Shown piece after piece: positions 31,411-40,657 of a DNA stretch of 64,000 bases; within the stretch, counting starts at the first letter, position 1, and each line of letters begins with the position of its first letter. The notes under the pieces were generated by a model, which saw nothing but the letters and a program-made list of their open reading frames with translations, had not been told where the DNA came from and did not search any database. The stretch is from an uncultured cyanobacterium. Its GTDB lineage: Bacteria; Cyanobacteriota; Cyanobacteriia; Cyanobacteriales; Cyanobacteriaceae. Both the position numbers and the translations under genes were made by a program. The DNA lies in assembly GCA_963749915.1 (NCBI GenBank), contig CAVVOP010000021.1, positions 224,001-288,000 on the forward strand. The letters are read 5' to 3'.

Positions 31411-31620
31411 ATGACTCAAACAATAGAAGTAAACTTAATTGACGTACTGAATAGGTTAGAGACTAAAATAGATAGCCTTGATCACAAAATTGAAAAACTA
31501 TCAGATGACGTTAACGAGGTTAAAGTTGACGTAGCCACATTAAAAGAAGGGCAAAACGGCATTAGTAAAAGATTAGATAGCATGGAAAATGTAGTCAGGA
31601 TTTTAGTCCTTGTCTTCTGA
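31411..31620 (+). CDS. Small coiled-coil protein with hydrophobic tail, possibly truncated
   Basis: Heptad pattern LNRLETKIDSLDHKIEKLSDDV; purine-rich RBS. Confidence 0.55.
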   Translation: MTQTIEVNLIDVLNRLETKIDSLDHKIEKLSDDVNEVKVDVATLKEGQNGISKRLDSMENVVRILVLVF

Positions 31621-31628
31621 ATCAAATT

Positions 31629-31663
31629 TTGACAGTTGACAGTTGATAGTTGATAGTTGATAG
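31629..31663. repeat. Heptamer tandem repeat (TTGAYAG) x5
   Basis: Read directly. Confidence 0.8.
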
Positions 31664-31719
31664 TTAGTTAATAAGGGACTTAAACTCACAGCAAATATAC
31701 AACTTATACTAGATAATTT

Positions 31720-32655
31720 ATGCGTATTCTAATGATGGGAGGAACTCGTTTTATTGGCCTTTCCCTCACTAAAATTCTCGTTTCTCAAGGTCATGAAGTA
31801 GTTTTGTTTAATCGTGGCAATAAACCTGCGGCCGTTGAAGGAGTCACACAAATACATGGCGATCGCAAAGATACAGCTCAATTACAAGAAAAATTAAAAG
31901 GACAAAAATTTGATGCTATTTTCGACAATAACGGGCGAGAATTAAGTGATACTCAACCTTTAGTGGAATTGTTCAAAGATAACATGTCGCACTTTATCTA
32001 TGTTAGTTCGGCGGGGGTTTATTTACCATCTCAACAAATGCCTCACCGCGAAGGTGATGCCATTGATCCACAAAGTCGCCACAAAGGCAAACACGAAACC
32101 GAAGAATATCTTAAACATCAAGGTATTCCTTTTACTTCTATCCGTCCTACTTATATCTATGGTCCCAGTAATTATAATGATTTAGAGGCATGGTTTTTCG
32201 ATCGTTTAGTACGCAATTTACCGATTTTAATACCTGGCGAAGGGTTGCATTTTACCCAATTTGGCCATGTAGAAGATTTAGCCTTAGCTATGAGTGCCGT
32301 TTTAGGTAATTCTAACGCCATTGGACAAATTTACAATATTTCTGGAGATCGCTATGTTACTTTTACCGGATTGGCCTTAGCTTGTGGTTTAGCGATGGGG
32401 AAAAATCCTTCAGACATCGAAATTAAATATTATGATCCGAAGAAAATCAATCTAGGCAAAAAAAAAGCATTTCCCATCAGAGTACAACACTTTTTTGCGG
32501 ATATTTCCAAAGCTCAAAAAGAATTAAATTGGCAACCCAGATATGACTTAGTTTCAGGGTTAAAAGACTCTTTTGAAAATGATTATTTACCATCAGCAAG
32601 AGGTAAAATTGACCTTGATTTCACCCTGGATCAAGAAATTTTAAATCAAATTTAA
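31720..32655 (+). CDS. NAD-dependent epimerase/dehydratase family protein (CSP41-like)
   Basis: MGGTRFIG, SSAGVY, RPTYIYGP, WFFDRL, KKAFP. Confidence 0.85.
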   Translation: MRILMMGGTRFIGLSLTKILVSQGHEVVLFNRGNKPAAVEGVTQIHGDRKDTAQLQEKLKGQKFDAIFDNNGRELSDTQPLVELFKDNMSHFIYVSSAGVYLPSQQMPHREGDAIDPQSRHKGKHETEEYLKHQGIPFTSIRPTYIYGPSNYNDLEAWFFDRLVRNLPILIPGEGLHFTQFGHVEDLALAMSAVLGNSNAIGQIYNISGDRYVTFTGLALACGLAMGKNPSDIEIKYYDPKKINLGKKKAFPIRVQHFFADISKAQKELNWQPRYDLVSGLKDSFENDYLPSARGKIDLDFTLDQEILNQI

Positions 32656-32679
32656 TCCCATATAGTAATCAGTTTTGAT

Positions 32680-34091
32680 GTGTGATATTTTAGCTTAAAT
32701 GTCAAAAGAAGCCCCACGCCGTAAACACGATAAAAAAACAACTAGGTTTCGGCGTGGGATGAATTTTGATCAACCAATAAAATCGACCGTAGGGAGTCCA
32801 CACAAATTCAAAAATTTGTGCTAAGATACTTTATAGCAAATCAAGTTCTCTCTAACATTATCTTAAAATGTTAAAAGTCGTTAAAGTCAGAATTTATCCC
32901 GATTCATCTCAAAAACTAACATTGGCAAAAGCCTTTGGTAGTTGTCGGTGGGTTTGGAATCATTTTCTGAATTTGATGAACGAAACATACAAAGAAACAG
33001 GTAAAGGTTTGTCTGGATATGATGTTAAAAAGCTATTACCTCAATTAAAGAAACAGGAAGAAACAGCTTGGTTATCTGATACTTATTCTTCCTGTTTACA
33101 GCAAGTCTGTTTGAATCTCGGAGTAGCCTTTAATAATTTCTTTGAAAGACGGGCTAAATACCCAAACTTTAAAAGTAAACATGGTAAACAATCTTTACAA
33201 TATCCTGCAAATATAAAGATAGAAAATAATTGTTTAAAAGTTCCCAAAATAGGCTTGATTTATACTAAATTTCATCGCCCTATAGAAGGGAAAATTAAAA
33301 CAGTCACAATTACTAAGAATTGCTGTAATCAATACTTTGCATCTATTCTTTTTGAAGATGGGAAACAGAAACCTCAATTATCTTCAGAAGGTAAAGCTGT
33401 AGGAATTGACTTGGGATTAAACCATTTTGCCATTACCAGTGACGGGAGTAAATTTGATAATCCAAAAATACTAAATAAACATGAGAAGAACTTAAAGAAA
33501 AAACAGCAACAATTGTCTCGTAAACAGAAAGGGTCAAACAACCGTAATAAAGCAAGACTAAAAGTTGCTTTATTACATAAAAAAAACACTAATTGCCGTG
33601 AGGACTTTCTGCATAAGCTATCTCGTAGGATAGTAAACGACAACCAAGTTATAGTGCTAGAAAACCTTAATATTAAAGGGATGGTCAAAAATCATTGCCT
33701 AGCTAAATCTATACAACAAGTAGGTTGGGGAATGTTTTGCACTATGCTTAAATATAAAGCCGAACAAGAAGGGAAAGTATATTTGGAAGTGGATAGATTT
33801 TTCCCTAGTTCAAAAACCTGTCATGTTTGCTTAAACCAGGTAGGAAGTTTGCCTTTGGAAATAAGATATTGGCAATGTCCAAAGTGTAAGACAAGACAGG
33901 ATCGGGATATAAATGCGGCAATTAATATCCGAGACGAAGGACTACGAATATTAAAGACCTCTGGAACGGGGGAAAAAGCCTGTCGCCAAACTGTAAGACG
34001 GAGTAAGGGAGGACGGAAGAAATCCACTACCACGCTGGTTTCTGGGCAGGAAGCCTACACTGTAATCTCTGATTCAGTGTGGGTAGTTCAC
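32680..34091 (+). mobile_element. IS200/IS605-family element carrying tnpB only (no tnpA)
   Basis: TTGAT target motif 32675-32679; left-end hairpin CCCACGCCG/CGGCGTGGG; right-end hairpin CCTACACTG/CAGTGTGGG ending in TCAC 34088-34091. Confidence 0.8.
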
Positions 34092-34094
34092 TAA
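32868..34094 (+). CDS. tnpB: RNA-guided endonuclease TnpB
   Basis: N-terminal HTH (FGSCRWVWN), RuvC-I GIDLG, RuvC-II VLENL, Zn finger CHVC/CPKC, RuvC-III DRDINAAINI. Confidence 0.95.
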   Translation: MLKVVKVRIYPDSSQKLTLAKAFGSCRWVWNHFLNLMNETYKETGKGLSGYDVKKLLPQLKKQEETAWLSDTYSSCLQQVCLNLGVAFNNFFERRAKYPNFKSKHGKQSLQYPANIKIENNCLKVPKIGLIYTKFHRPIEGKIKTVTITKNCCNQYFASILFEDGKQKPQLSSEGKAVGIDLGLNHFAITSDGSKFDNPKILNKHEKNLKKKQQQLSRKQKGSNNRNKARLKVALLHKKNTNCREDFLHKLSRRIVNDNQVIVLENLNIKGMVKNHCLAKSIQQVGWGMFCTMLKYKAEQEGKVYLEVDRFFPSSKTCHVCLNQVGSLPLEIRYWQCPKCKTRQDRDINAAINIRDEGLRILKTSGTGEKACRQTVRRSKGGRKKSTTTLVSGQEAYTVISDSVWVVH

Positions 34095-34133
34095 CTATGA
34101 TTATAATAGATTAGAATTAGCCGCAACATTATC

Positions 34134-35798
34134 ATGAAAATAGCGATCGCCCAAATAAATCCCACCATTGGAGATCTCCAAAATAATGCCCAAAAAATTA
34201 AACAACAAGTACAATTAGCAGTCAAGGAAGAAACAAAATTATTATTAACCCCTGAATTATCACTCTGCGGTTATCCTCCTAAAGACTTACTTTTAAATCA
34301 AAGTTTTATTGCCGCTATGGCTGAAGAATTACAACAATTAGCGGAAACTATTCCCTCAGAAATTTATGTTTTAGTCGGTACAGTAACTTTTAATCCCTTG
34401 GCAAATAAAGAAGGGAAAAAACCCCTCTATAATGGCGTCGCTTTAATCAATAATGGTAAAATTCACCAAATTTTTAATAAAAGACTATTACCAACTTATG
34501 ACGTATTTGAGGAAGATCGTTATTTTAGTGCGGGAAATGAGGCTAATTATTTTAATTTAGATGGTGTAAAAATTGGGGTAACAATTTGTGAAGATTTATG
34601 GAATGATGAACAATTTTGGGGTAAAAAAAATTATGCAATCAATCCTCTTCAAGATTTAGTAAATTTAGATGTCGATTTAATTATTAACTTATCGGCTTCT
34701 CCTTATATACTTGGAAAACAAAAACTAAGAGAAGCGATGTTAACTCATATAGTTAGTAAATATAAAAAACCGATTATTTATGTCAATCAAGTAGGAGGAA
34801 ATGATGATTTGATTTTCGATGGTTATAGCTGTGCATTTAATAAAAAAGGGGAGATTATGGCTAGATGTCAGCCTTATAAAAATGACTTAATTTACCTAAA
34901 ATATGAAGAAAAATATCAAGATTTGTCCTCTAGTTTAATTAATAATTTAATTACCACAGAAGAAGAAGAAATTTATCAGGCTTTAGTTTTAGGAGTTAAA
35001 GATTATGCCCATAAATGTGGTTTTACTAAAGCTATATTAGGTTTAAGTGGGGGTATTGATTCAGCTTTAGTGGTTACTATAGCCGTCGATGCCTTAGGAA
35101 AAGACAATGTTTTAGGGGTATTAATGCCTTCTCCTTATAGTTCAGCTAACTCGATTATTGATGCAGAAAAATTGGTTAAAAATTTGGGAATTAAGAGTGA
35201 AAAATTACCAATTAAAGAAATCATGAATAGTTATGATTTATTATTAAATCCTCTCTTTGTAAATACAGAATTTGGCATAACTGAGGAAAATTTGCAATCG
35301 AGAATTAGAGGTAGTTTATTAATGGCGATCGCTAATAAATTTAATTATTTATTACTTTCCACAGGAAATAAATCAGAGATGGCCGTGGGATATTGTACCC
35401 TTTATGGTGATATGAATGGCGGATTAGCCGTAATTGCAGATGTCCCGAAAACAAAAGTTTTTGATCTATGTAAATGGATAAATAGAAAAGAAGAAATTAT
35501 CCCGAAAAATATCTTAATAAAACCTCCTAGTGCGGAACTAAAACCCGATCAAAAAGATGAAGATTCTTTACCTCCCTACGAAATTTTGGACGATATTTTA
35601 GAAGGTTATATCAATAAACATCAATCCATCACCGAAATTCATCAATCAGGTCATGATTTAGAGGTTATTAAAAAAGTAGTACAATTAGTTGTCCGTGCTG
35701 AATTTAAACGAAAACAAGCTCCTCCTGGACTTAAAGTGACTGATCGTGCATTTGGCACCGGTTGGAAAATGCCAATTGCTAAAGGACTACACATTTAA
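34134..35798 (+). CDS. nadE: Glutamine-dependent NAD+ synthetase
   Basis: Nitrilase domain (PEL, KRLLPTYDVF, ICEDLW) plus GLSGGIDS, ENLQSRIRG, PPSAEL. Confidence 0.95.
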   Translation: MKIAIAQINPTIGDLQNNAQKIKQQVQLAVKEETKLLLTPELSLCGYPPKDLLLNQSFIAAMAEELQQLAETIPSEIYVLVGTVTFNPLANKEGKKPLYNGVALINNGKIHQIFNKRLLPTYDVFEEDRYFSAGNEANYFNLDGVKIGVTICEDLWNDEQFWGKKNYAINPLQDLVNLDVDLIINLSASPYILGKQKLREAMLTHIVSKYKKPIIYVNQVGGNDDLIFDGYSCAFNKKGEIMARCQPYKNDLIYLKYEEKYQDLSSSLINNLITTEEEEIYQALVLGVKDYAHKCGFTKAILGLSGGIDSALVVTIAVDALGKDNVLGVLMPSPYSSANSIIDAEKLVKNLGIKSEKLPIKEIMNSYDLLLNPLFVNTEFGITEENLQSRIRGSLLMAIANKFNYLLLSTGNKSEMAVGYCTLYGDMNGGLAVIADVPKTKVFDLCKWINRKEEIIPKNILIKPPSAELKPDQKDEDSLPPYEILDDILEGYINKHQSITEIHQSGHDLEVIKKVVQLVVRAEFKRKQAPPGLKVTDRAFGTGWKMPIAKGLHI

Positions 35799-35802
35799 AC
35801 TC

Positions 35803-36573
35803 TCAAGTATTTCCAAACCGATTAGCTAACCTTAAAATTTGCCCTGCTAACATTGCCCCACCAAAACCATTATCAATATTAACAACCCCTATGCCCGTCG
35901 CACAAGAATTAAGCATCGTCAATAAAGCTGATAAACCACCGAAACTAGCACCATAACCAATACTTGTCGGTACTGCGATGATGGGACAATTAGCTAAACC
36001 GGCCACCACACTAGGTAATGCCCCTTCCATTCCTGCCACGACAATTAGCACATCCGCCTCGTCAATTAAGTGACGATGACTCAGAAGACGATGTATTCCT
36101 GCAACTCCCACATCCCACAATCGCTCTACTTGAAAACCGCACAATTCTGCCGTAATTGCTGATTCTTCAGCCACTGGTAAGTCGGCTGTTCCCGCTGTCA
36201 CAATGGAGATTTTGCCCTTATACTTGACTGAATTTTGACCAATAGCAGCGATTTTTGCCATCGGATAGTATCGCAAATCTGATACATTCTCTTGTAGTAT
36301 TTCTGCTACTTCTGGCTCTAATCTCGTCGCCATGACAACAGATGCTTGTTCTCGCATAACAGAAATAATTTGGATCATTTGTTCGGAGGTCTTTCCCTGA
36401 CTCCAAATTACTTCTGGAAATCCTGTCCGCAGTTGTCGATGATGATCAATTTTTGCAAAATCTCCTATGGGCTCAAAATCAAGGTATTTTAGTTTTGTGA
36501 TAGCTTCTTCGGGGGATATTTTACCTTCTGCTATAGCGGATAATAGTTTTTCTAAGGATTGGCGATCGTGCAT
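35803..36573 (-). CDS. larB: LarB/CpmA (PurE-like) protein
   Basis: DHHRQLRTGFPEVI, AGTADLPVAEE, DVGVAGIHRL, VVNIDNGFG. Confidence 0.88.
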   Translation of the reverse strand: MHDRQSLEKLLSAIAEGKISPEEAITKLKYLDFEPIGDFAKIDHHRQLRTGFPEVIWSQGKTSEQMIQIISVMREQASVVMATRLEPEVAEILQENVSDLRYYPMAKIAAIGQNSVKYKGKISIVTAGTADLPVAEESAITAELCGFQVERLWDVGVAGIHRLLSHRHLIDEADVLIVVAGMEGALPSVVAGLANCPIIAVPTSIGYGASFGGLSALLTMLNSCATGIGVVNIDNGFGGAMLAGQILRLANRFGNT

Positions 36574-36586
36574 TTTTTATAATTAG

Positions 36587-36621
36587 CAATTATCAATTAT
36601 CAATTATCAATTATCAATTAT
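36587..36621. repeat. Heptamer tandem repeat (CAATTAT) x5
   Basis: Read directly. Confidence 0.85.
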
Positions 36622-36625
36622 TTAC

Positions 36626-37540
36626 ATGAATTTACCCGTTGTTTATCATCCTAATTATGTCACCCCACTGCCGGAACAACATCGTTTCCCGATGCCAAAG
36701 TTTCGGTTATTACACGAATTGTTACTAAAAGATGGCATGATCACTCCAGAATCCACTCATCAACCAGAGATTGCTAATTCGGGTATTTTGCAATTGGTGC
36801 ATACGGCTAATTATGTGGAAAATTTTTGTCATGGTACACTGGATCCGAAAATTCAAAGAAAAATCGGTTTGCCTTGGAGTAAAGGCCTAATCAAAAGAAC
36901 TTGTACTGCTGTGGGGGGTACGTTATTAACGGTAAAATTAGCTCTAAAATACGGTATCTGCTGCAATACAGCAGGAGGAACTCATCACGCATTCCCTGAT
37001 TATGGCTCAGGTTTTTGTATTTTTAATGATTTAGCGATCGCATCTTGTTATTTATTAGAGTCGCAATTAGTCAAAAAAATTTTAATAGTAGATTTAGACG
37101 TACATCAAGGAGACGGTACAGCCCTTATTTTTGCCCAGAAGGATCAAGTTTTCACCTTTTCCATGCACTGTGAAGCGAATTTTCCCTATCGTAAACAAAA
37201 AAGTGACTTAGATGTGCCTTTACCCATCGGTTTAGATGATGACGGTTACCTGCAAATTCTCGCTAGTTATCTTCCCGATTTACTAACCCAAGTTAAACCC
37301 GACATTGTTTTATATGACGCTGGTGTAGACACTCATGTAGGGGATCGACTGGGTAAATTATGCCTTACCGACACGGGAATATATCGCCGAGAAATGCAGG
37401 TTATTAGTACTTGTTTAGCCCATGGTTATCCTCTTGCCGCAGTGATTGGCGGAGGTTATAGTACGAACTTACAGGAATTGGTTTACCGTCATTCATTGTT
37501 ACATCGTGCCGCTTTTGATTGCTTTAAACGATGGAACTGA
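36626..37540 (+). CDS. Histone deacetylase family protein
   Basis: HRFPMPKF, GGTHHA, GFCIFND, DLDVHQGDGT, GGGY. Confidence 0.92.
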   Translation: MNLPVVYHPNYVTPLPEQHRFPMPKFRLLHELLLKDGMITPESTHQPEIANSGILQLVHTANYVENFCHGTLDPKIQRKIGLPWSKGLIKRTCTAVGGTLLTVKLALKYGICCNTAGGTHHAFPDYGSGFCIFNDLAIASCYLLESQLVKKILIVDLDVHQGDGTALIFAQKDQVFTFSMHCEANFPYRKQKSDLDVPLPIGLDDDGYLQILASYLPDLLTQVKPDIVLYDAGVDTHVGDRLGKLCLTDTGIYRREMQVISTCLAHGYPLAAVIGGGYSTNLQELVYRHSLLHRAAFDCFKRWN

Positions 37541-37711
37541 ATTATTATGGGGAAATCTAATTAATTCATCTTCACACCGAATTATAACTTTTCACTCAAC
37601 TATTCACAATTCCCTATTCAAAATTAATTATTTATTTATTGGACTATATGACGGAAAAATGTAAGAATAGTTTAACAATTGCAGTAATTTAGAAAAGCGA
37701 TCGAAAATAAG

Positions 37712-39895
37712 ATGACAACAGCCCCATTTTATGAAGGAATCCAGTATTTTAAAGAAAAATTACCTTTTTTTAGTGAATACGGTCAAGAAAGTGCTATTTT
37801 AGAAGGACAAACAGCTATATCTTCCCCTAAGGACAAAAAAGCAGTCTATCAAACCCTTTTAGCCGCCGATGCCTTACGTTACTTGACTTTGCATATAACC
37901 GCCAGCAAAGAATCTGGGCATCCGGGGGGATTTGCTAGTGTTGCTGAAGGAATTGCCGCTTTGGTCATGTTAGGACATAAAAACATCATTACCGAAGTAG
38001 GACACCATGCCCCCGGATTTTATAGTACCGTATTTATGGATCAATCCCTTGAAAAAATGGGTATTTATACTGTACAAGAGATGGGGGATCGTTTTCGGGA
38101 AATGCACGGGCTTTTAGGACATTTATCGGGGCAAATCCCTGGATTACTTAACCCTGCAGGACCTCTTGGACAAGGACAACATTTTGCCATGGCTGGGGCT
38201 AAATTACATCCCGGGGTGTTATTCCCTGTTACCATCGGTGACGGCGGTTTGGGTGAGCCTTACATTATGAGTAGTTTTGGACACTTCAATACAGCATATC
38301 CTCAAGTTACCAACTTTTTACCGATTTTAGTGTGGAATGGCTACTCCCAAGAGCATCATAGTATGGTGTCCACCAAAACTAATGAAGAAATGATCGCCTA
38401 TTGGCAAGGTAACGGCTTTAAAGAGGTAATTTTAGTTAACGCACTTGACTTTGATAACGCTAACCAAGAAGGAGATTATGTCGATAGCACTAAATTTTCC
38501 TTAGAAAAGCGCTTAGAATTTACCCAAGCCGTCTTAGAAGCCACTGACAAAGCCGCTAAATCCGCATTGGGAGGTACTTTAACAGTATTAATCATTAAAC
38601 AACTAAAAGGGGCAGGAGTCCATAAACGAGGCTCACAATCCCATAACCTTTACCCTGGAGATAGCTTAAATAAAGATCATATCATCTCTGCTTTACAAGA
38701 AAGAGCCTTAACTAAAGAGGCATGGGAATTGGTGCGGACAAACTTTGTTCGTGCTAATGGTGGTTCAAATGCCTATAAAGCCGTCACCGAATCAGTGTTA
38801 CCTTTAACGGATTTGGGCACTTTACCCTTAACCGAGTATCCTGTTGGCGGTGATAAAAAAGTCGCTACTACGGCAATGGGTGAATTAGTTGTCCATGTTG
38901 GCAAAAATGACCCTAATTTTGTGGTGACAAACGCCGATGGTAACGCCGCATCAGGGATAAATAACATCAATGTTGCCCTAAAAATAGTTCATCCTACCGT
39001 TGACACAACCTATTTCCAACAACCCGAAGGACAAGTTTATGAGCCTTTAAGTGAAGATGCTTGTGCTGGTTTAGCGGTTAGTTTAGCATTATTTGGAGCT
39101 CGTAGTTTGTGGTGTTCTTATGAATCTTTTGCCGTCAATGGCCTACCCATCTGGCAAACCGTCACCCAAGCTATGGCGGAATTGAGACGGGAAACCCCTT
39201 CTACTATTACCTTATTCACTGCTGGTGCATTAGAGCAAGGGCGCAACGGATGGACTCACCAACGCCCTGAAATCGAGAATTATTTTGCGGCAATGATGCG
39301 TAACGGTAACGTTTATCCTCTTTTCCCCTGTGATGCTAATAGTATTCAAGTCTGTTATGAGTGGGCATTGGACACGAAAAATAAAGGTATTACCATTACT
39401 GCTAGTAAGTCTCCTTTACCGATTTTAACTACTTTTGATCAAACCAAAGATGCCATCGCTAAAGGTGGGGTTATTTTACATGAATCAGAAGGTAGCAAAA
39501 AAGTTGTTTTTGCAGTTGTTGGTGATATGACTTTAATTCCCGTGTTTGAAGGGGCGAAAATTCTAGAATCTCAAGGAATTGGGGTTCGTATTGTTTCCGT
39601 TATCAATCCTCGCCGTTTATATCGTGCCAGTGATGTAGCTTGGGATAGTTGCACAGTCAAAGATGATAATTTTCTCGATGATGCTGGCTTTGAAACCTTA
39701 TTCGGTGGGGATGTAGTTATCGGTGTTACTGGTGGTACAAGTGCCATGTTAGAGCCTATCATGTTACGCAGTAATGCTAAACGGGATACCTTTGCCTGGA
39801 AACGGGGGGAAACCACCGCTAGTGCGGGGCAACTGATGGCTTTTAATGGCTTAACGGCTAGGGCTTTGACCGTAAGGGCAAAAGAATTGATTTAA
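37712..39895 (+). CDS. Phosphoketolase/transketolase-like ThDP enzyme
   Basis: SGHPGG, GPLGQG, GDGGLGE...N ThDP motif, SYESF, EQGRNGWTHQRP. Confidence 0.85.
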   Translation: MTTAPFYEGIQYFKEKLPFFSEYGQESAILEGQTAISSPKDKKAVYQTLLAADALRYLTLHITASKESGHPGGFASVAEGIAALVMLGHKNIITEVGHHAPGFYSTVFMDQSLEKMGIYTVQEMGDRFREMHGLLGHLSGQIPGLLNPAGPLGQGQHFAMAGAKLHPGVLFPVTIGDGGLGEPYIMSSFGHFNTAYPQVTNFLPILVWNGYSQEHHSMVSTKTNEEMIAYWQGNGFKEVILVNALDFDNANQEGDYVDSTKFSLEKRLEFTQAVLEATDKAAKSALGGTLTVLIIKQLKGAGVHKRGSQSHNLYPGDSLNKDHIISALQERALTKEAWELVRTNFVRANGGSNAYKAVTESVLPLTDLGTLPLTEYPVGGDKKVATTAMGELVVHVGKNDPNFVVTNADGNAASGINNINVALKIVHPTVDTTYFQQPEGQVYEPLSEDACAGLAVSLALFGARSLWCSYESFAVNGLPIWQTVTQAMAELRRETPSTITLFTAGALEQGRNGWTHQRPEIENYFAAMMRNGNVYPLFPCDANSIQVCYEWALDTKNKGITITASKSPLPILTTFDQTKDAIAKGGVILHESEGSKKVVFAVVGDMTLIPVFEGAKILESQGIGVRIVSVINPRRLYRASDVAWDSCTVKDDNFLDDAGFETLFGGDVVIGVTGGTSAMLEPIMLRSNAKRDTFAWKRGETTASAGQLMAFNGLTARALTVRAKELI

Positions 39896-39930
39896 TCCCC
39901 CTTAAATGCTCAATTTTAGAGACTTTTACT

Positions 39931-40091
39931 TTTTGCTTCTCCTCCAAACTTGACTGTTGGGGGGTAATTTTATGCCCCGAAATCTCCAACTCTAAGCAAT
40001 ACTGGTCGGTTAAGCAAAATCCCTGGTTGAAACTGCAGGGGAGGGTTCGCCCGTATTCCTGCGAACTCAATTATGCAGTTGTTCCTTTTTT
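39931..40091 (+). ncRNA. Candidate structured RNA between phosphoketolase and acpP
   Basis: Nested helices TTTTGCTT/AAGCAAAA, GTTGG/CCAAC, GGGGTA/TGCCCC, AACTGCA/TGCAGTT, GGGTTCGC/GCGAACTC; T-run at the end. Confidence 0.35.
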
Positions 40092-40226
40092 AGATATTAT
40101 TATTAATTGCTTACCAAAAAAATGTAAACTAAAAAACAGTCAAACCGTTTTGTATTGATTTTGTTCCCTTTGTTGAGCTAAAAATAACAAGCGGATTAAT
40201 AAATATAAAGTGATATTCAAAAAAAT

Positions 40227-40475
40227 ATGAACCAAGAAATATTGAAAAAAGTGCAAGAAATCGTAGTTGAACAGTTAGACGTTGAATCCGATCGTGTGAC
40301 TCCTGAAGCTAACTTCGTTAATGATTTGGACGCAGATTCTTTGGACGTTGTCGAATTGGTTATGGCTTTAGAGGAAGCATTCGAGATCGAAATTGGCGAT
40401 GAAGAAGCGGAAAAAATTGCCACCGTAGGTGATGCCGTTGCTCACATCGAAGGCAAAACCCAAGCCGCCGCTTAG
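40227..40475 (+). CDS. acpP: Acyl carrier protein
   Basis: [20 protein letters not shown]. Confidence 0.97.
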   Translation: MNQEILKKVQEIVVEQLDVESDRVTPEANFVNDLDADSLDVVELVMALEEAFEIEIGDEEAEKIATVGDAVAHIEGKTQAAA

Positions 40476-40657
40476 TATTTAATCATGTTCATGATAGCCA
40501 ATGTTGAGTAAGTTAATTAACTTCTTTTTGGTTATCTGAATGAATTGTAATTTTGAATGTATTTATTACTAATTAAACGCACTACAAAAACCATAAAACA
40601 AATCCGATTGATCATTTCTGCTGTCAATGGCAGATGTCTCATCATATATAAAATACT

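Noticed and set aside
39858..40070. 70-aa minus-strand ORF upstream of acpP
   Set aside because: TTG start, overlap with the phosphoketolase end and no motif; RNA structure explains the region better.
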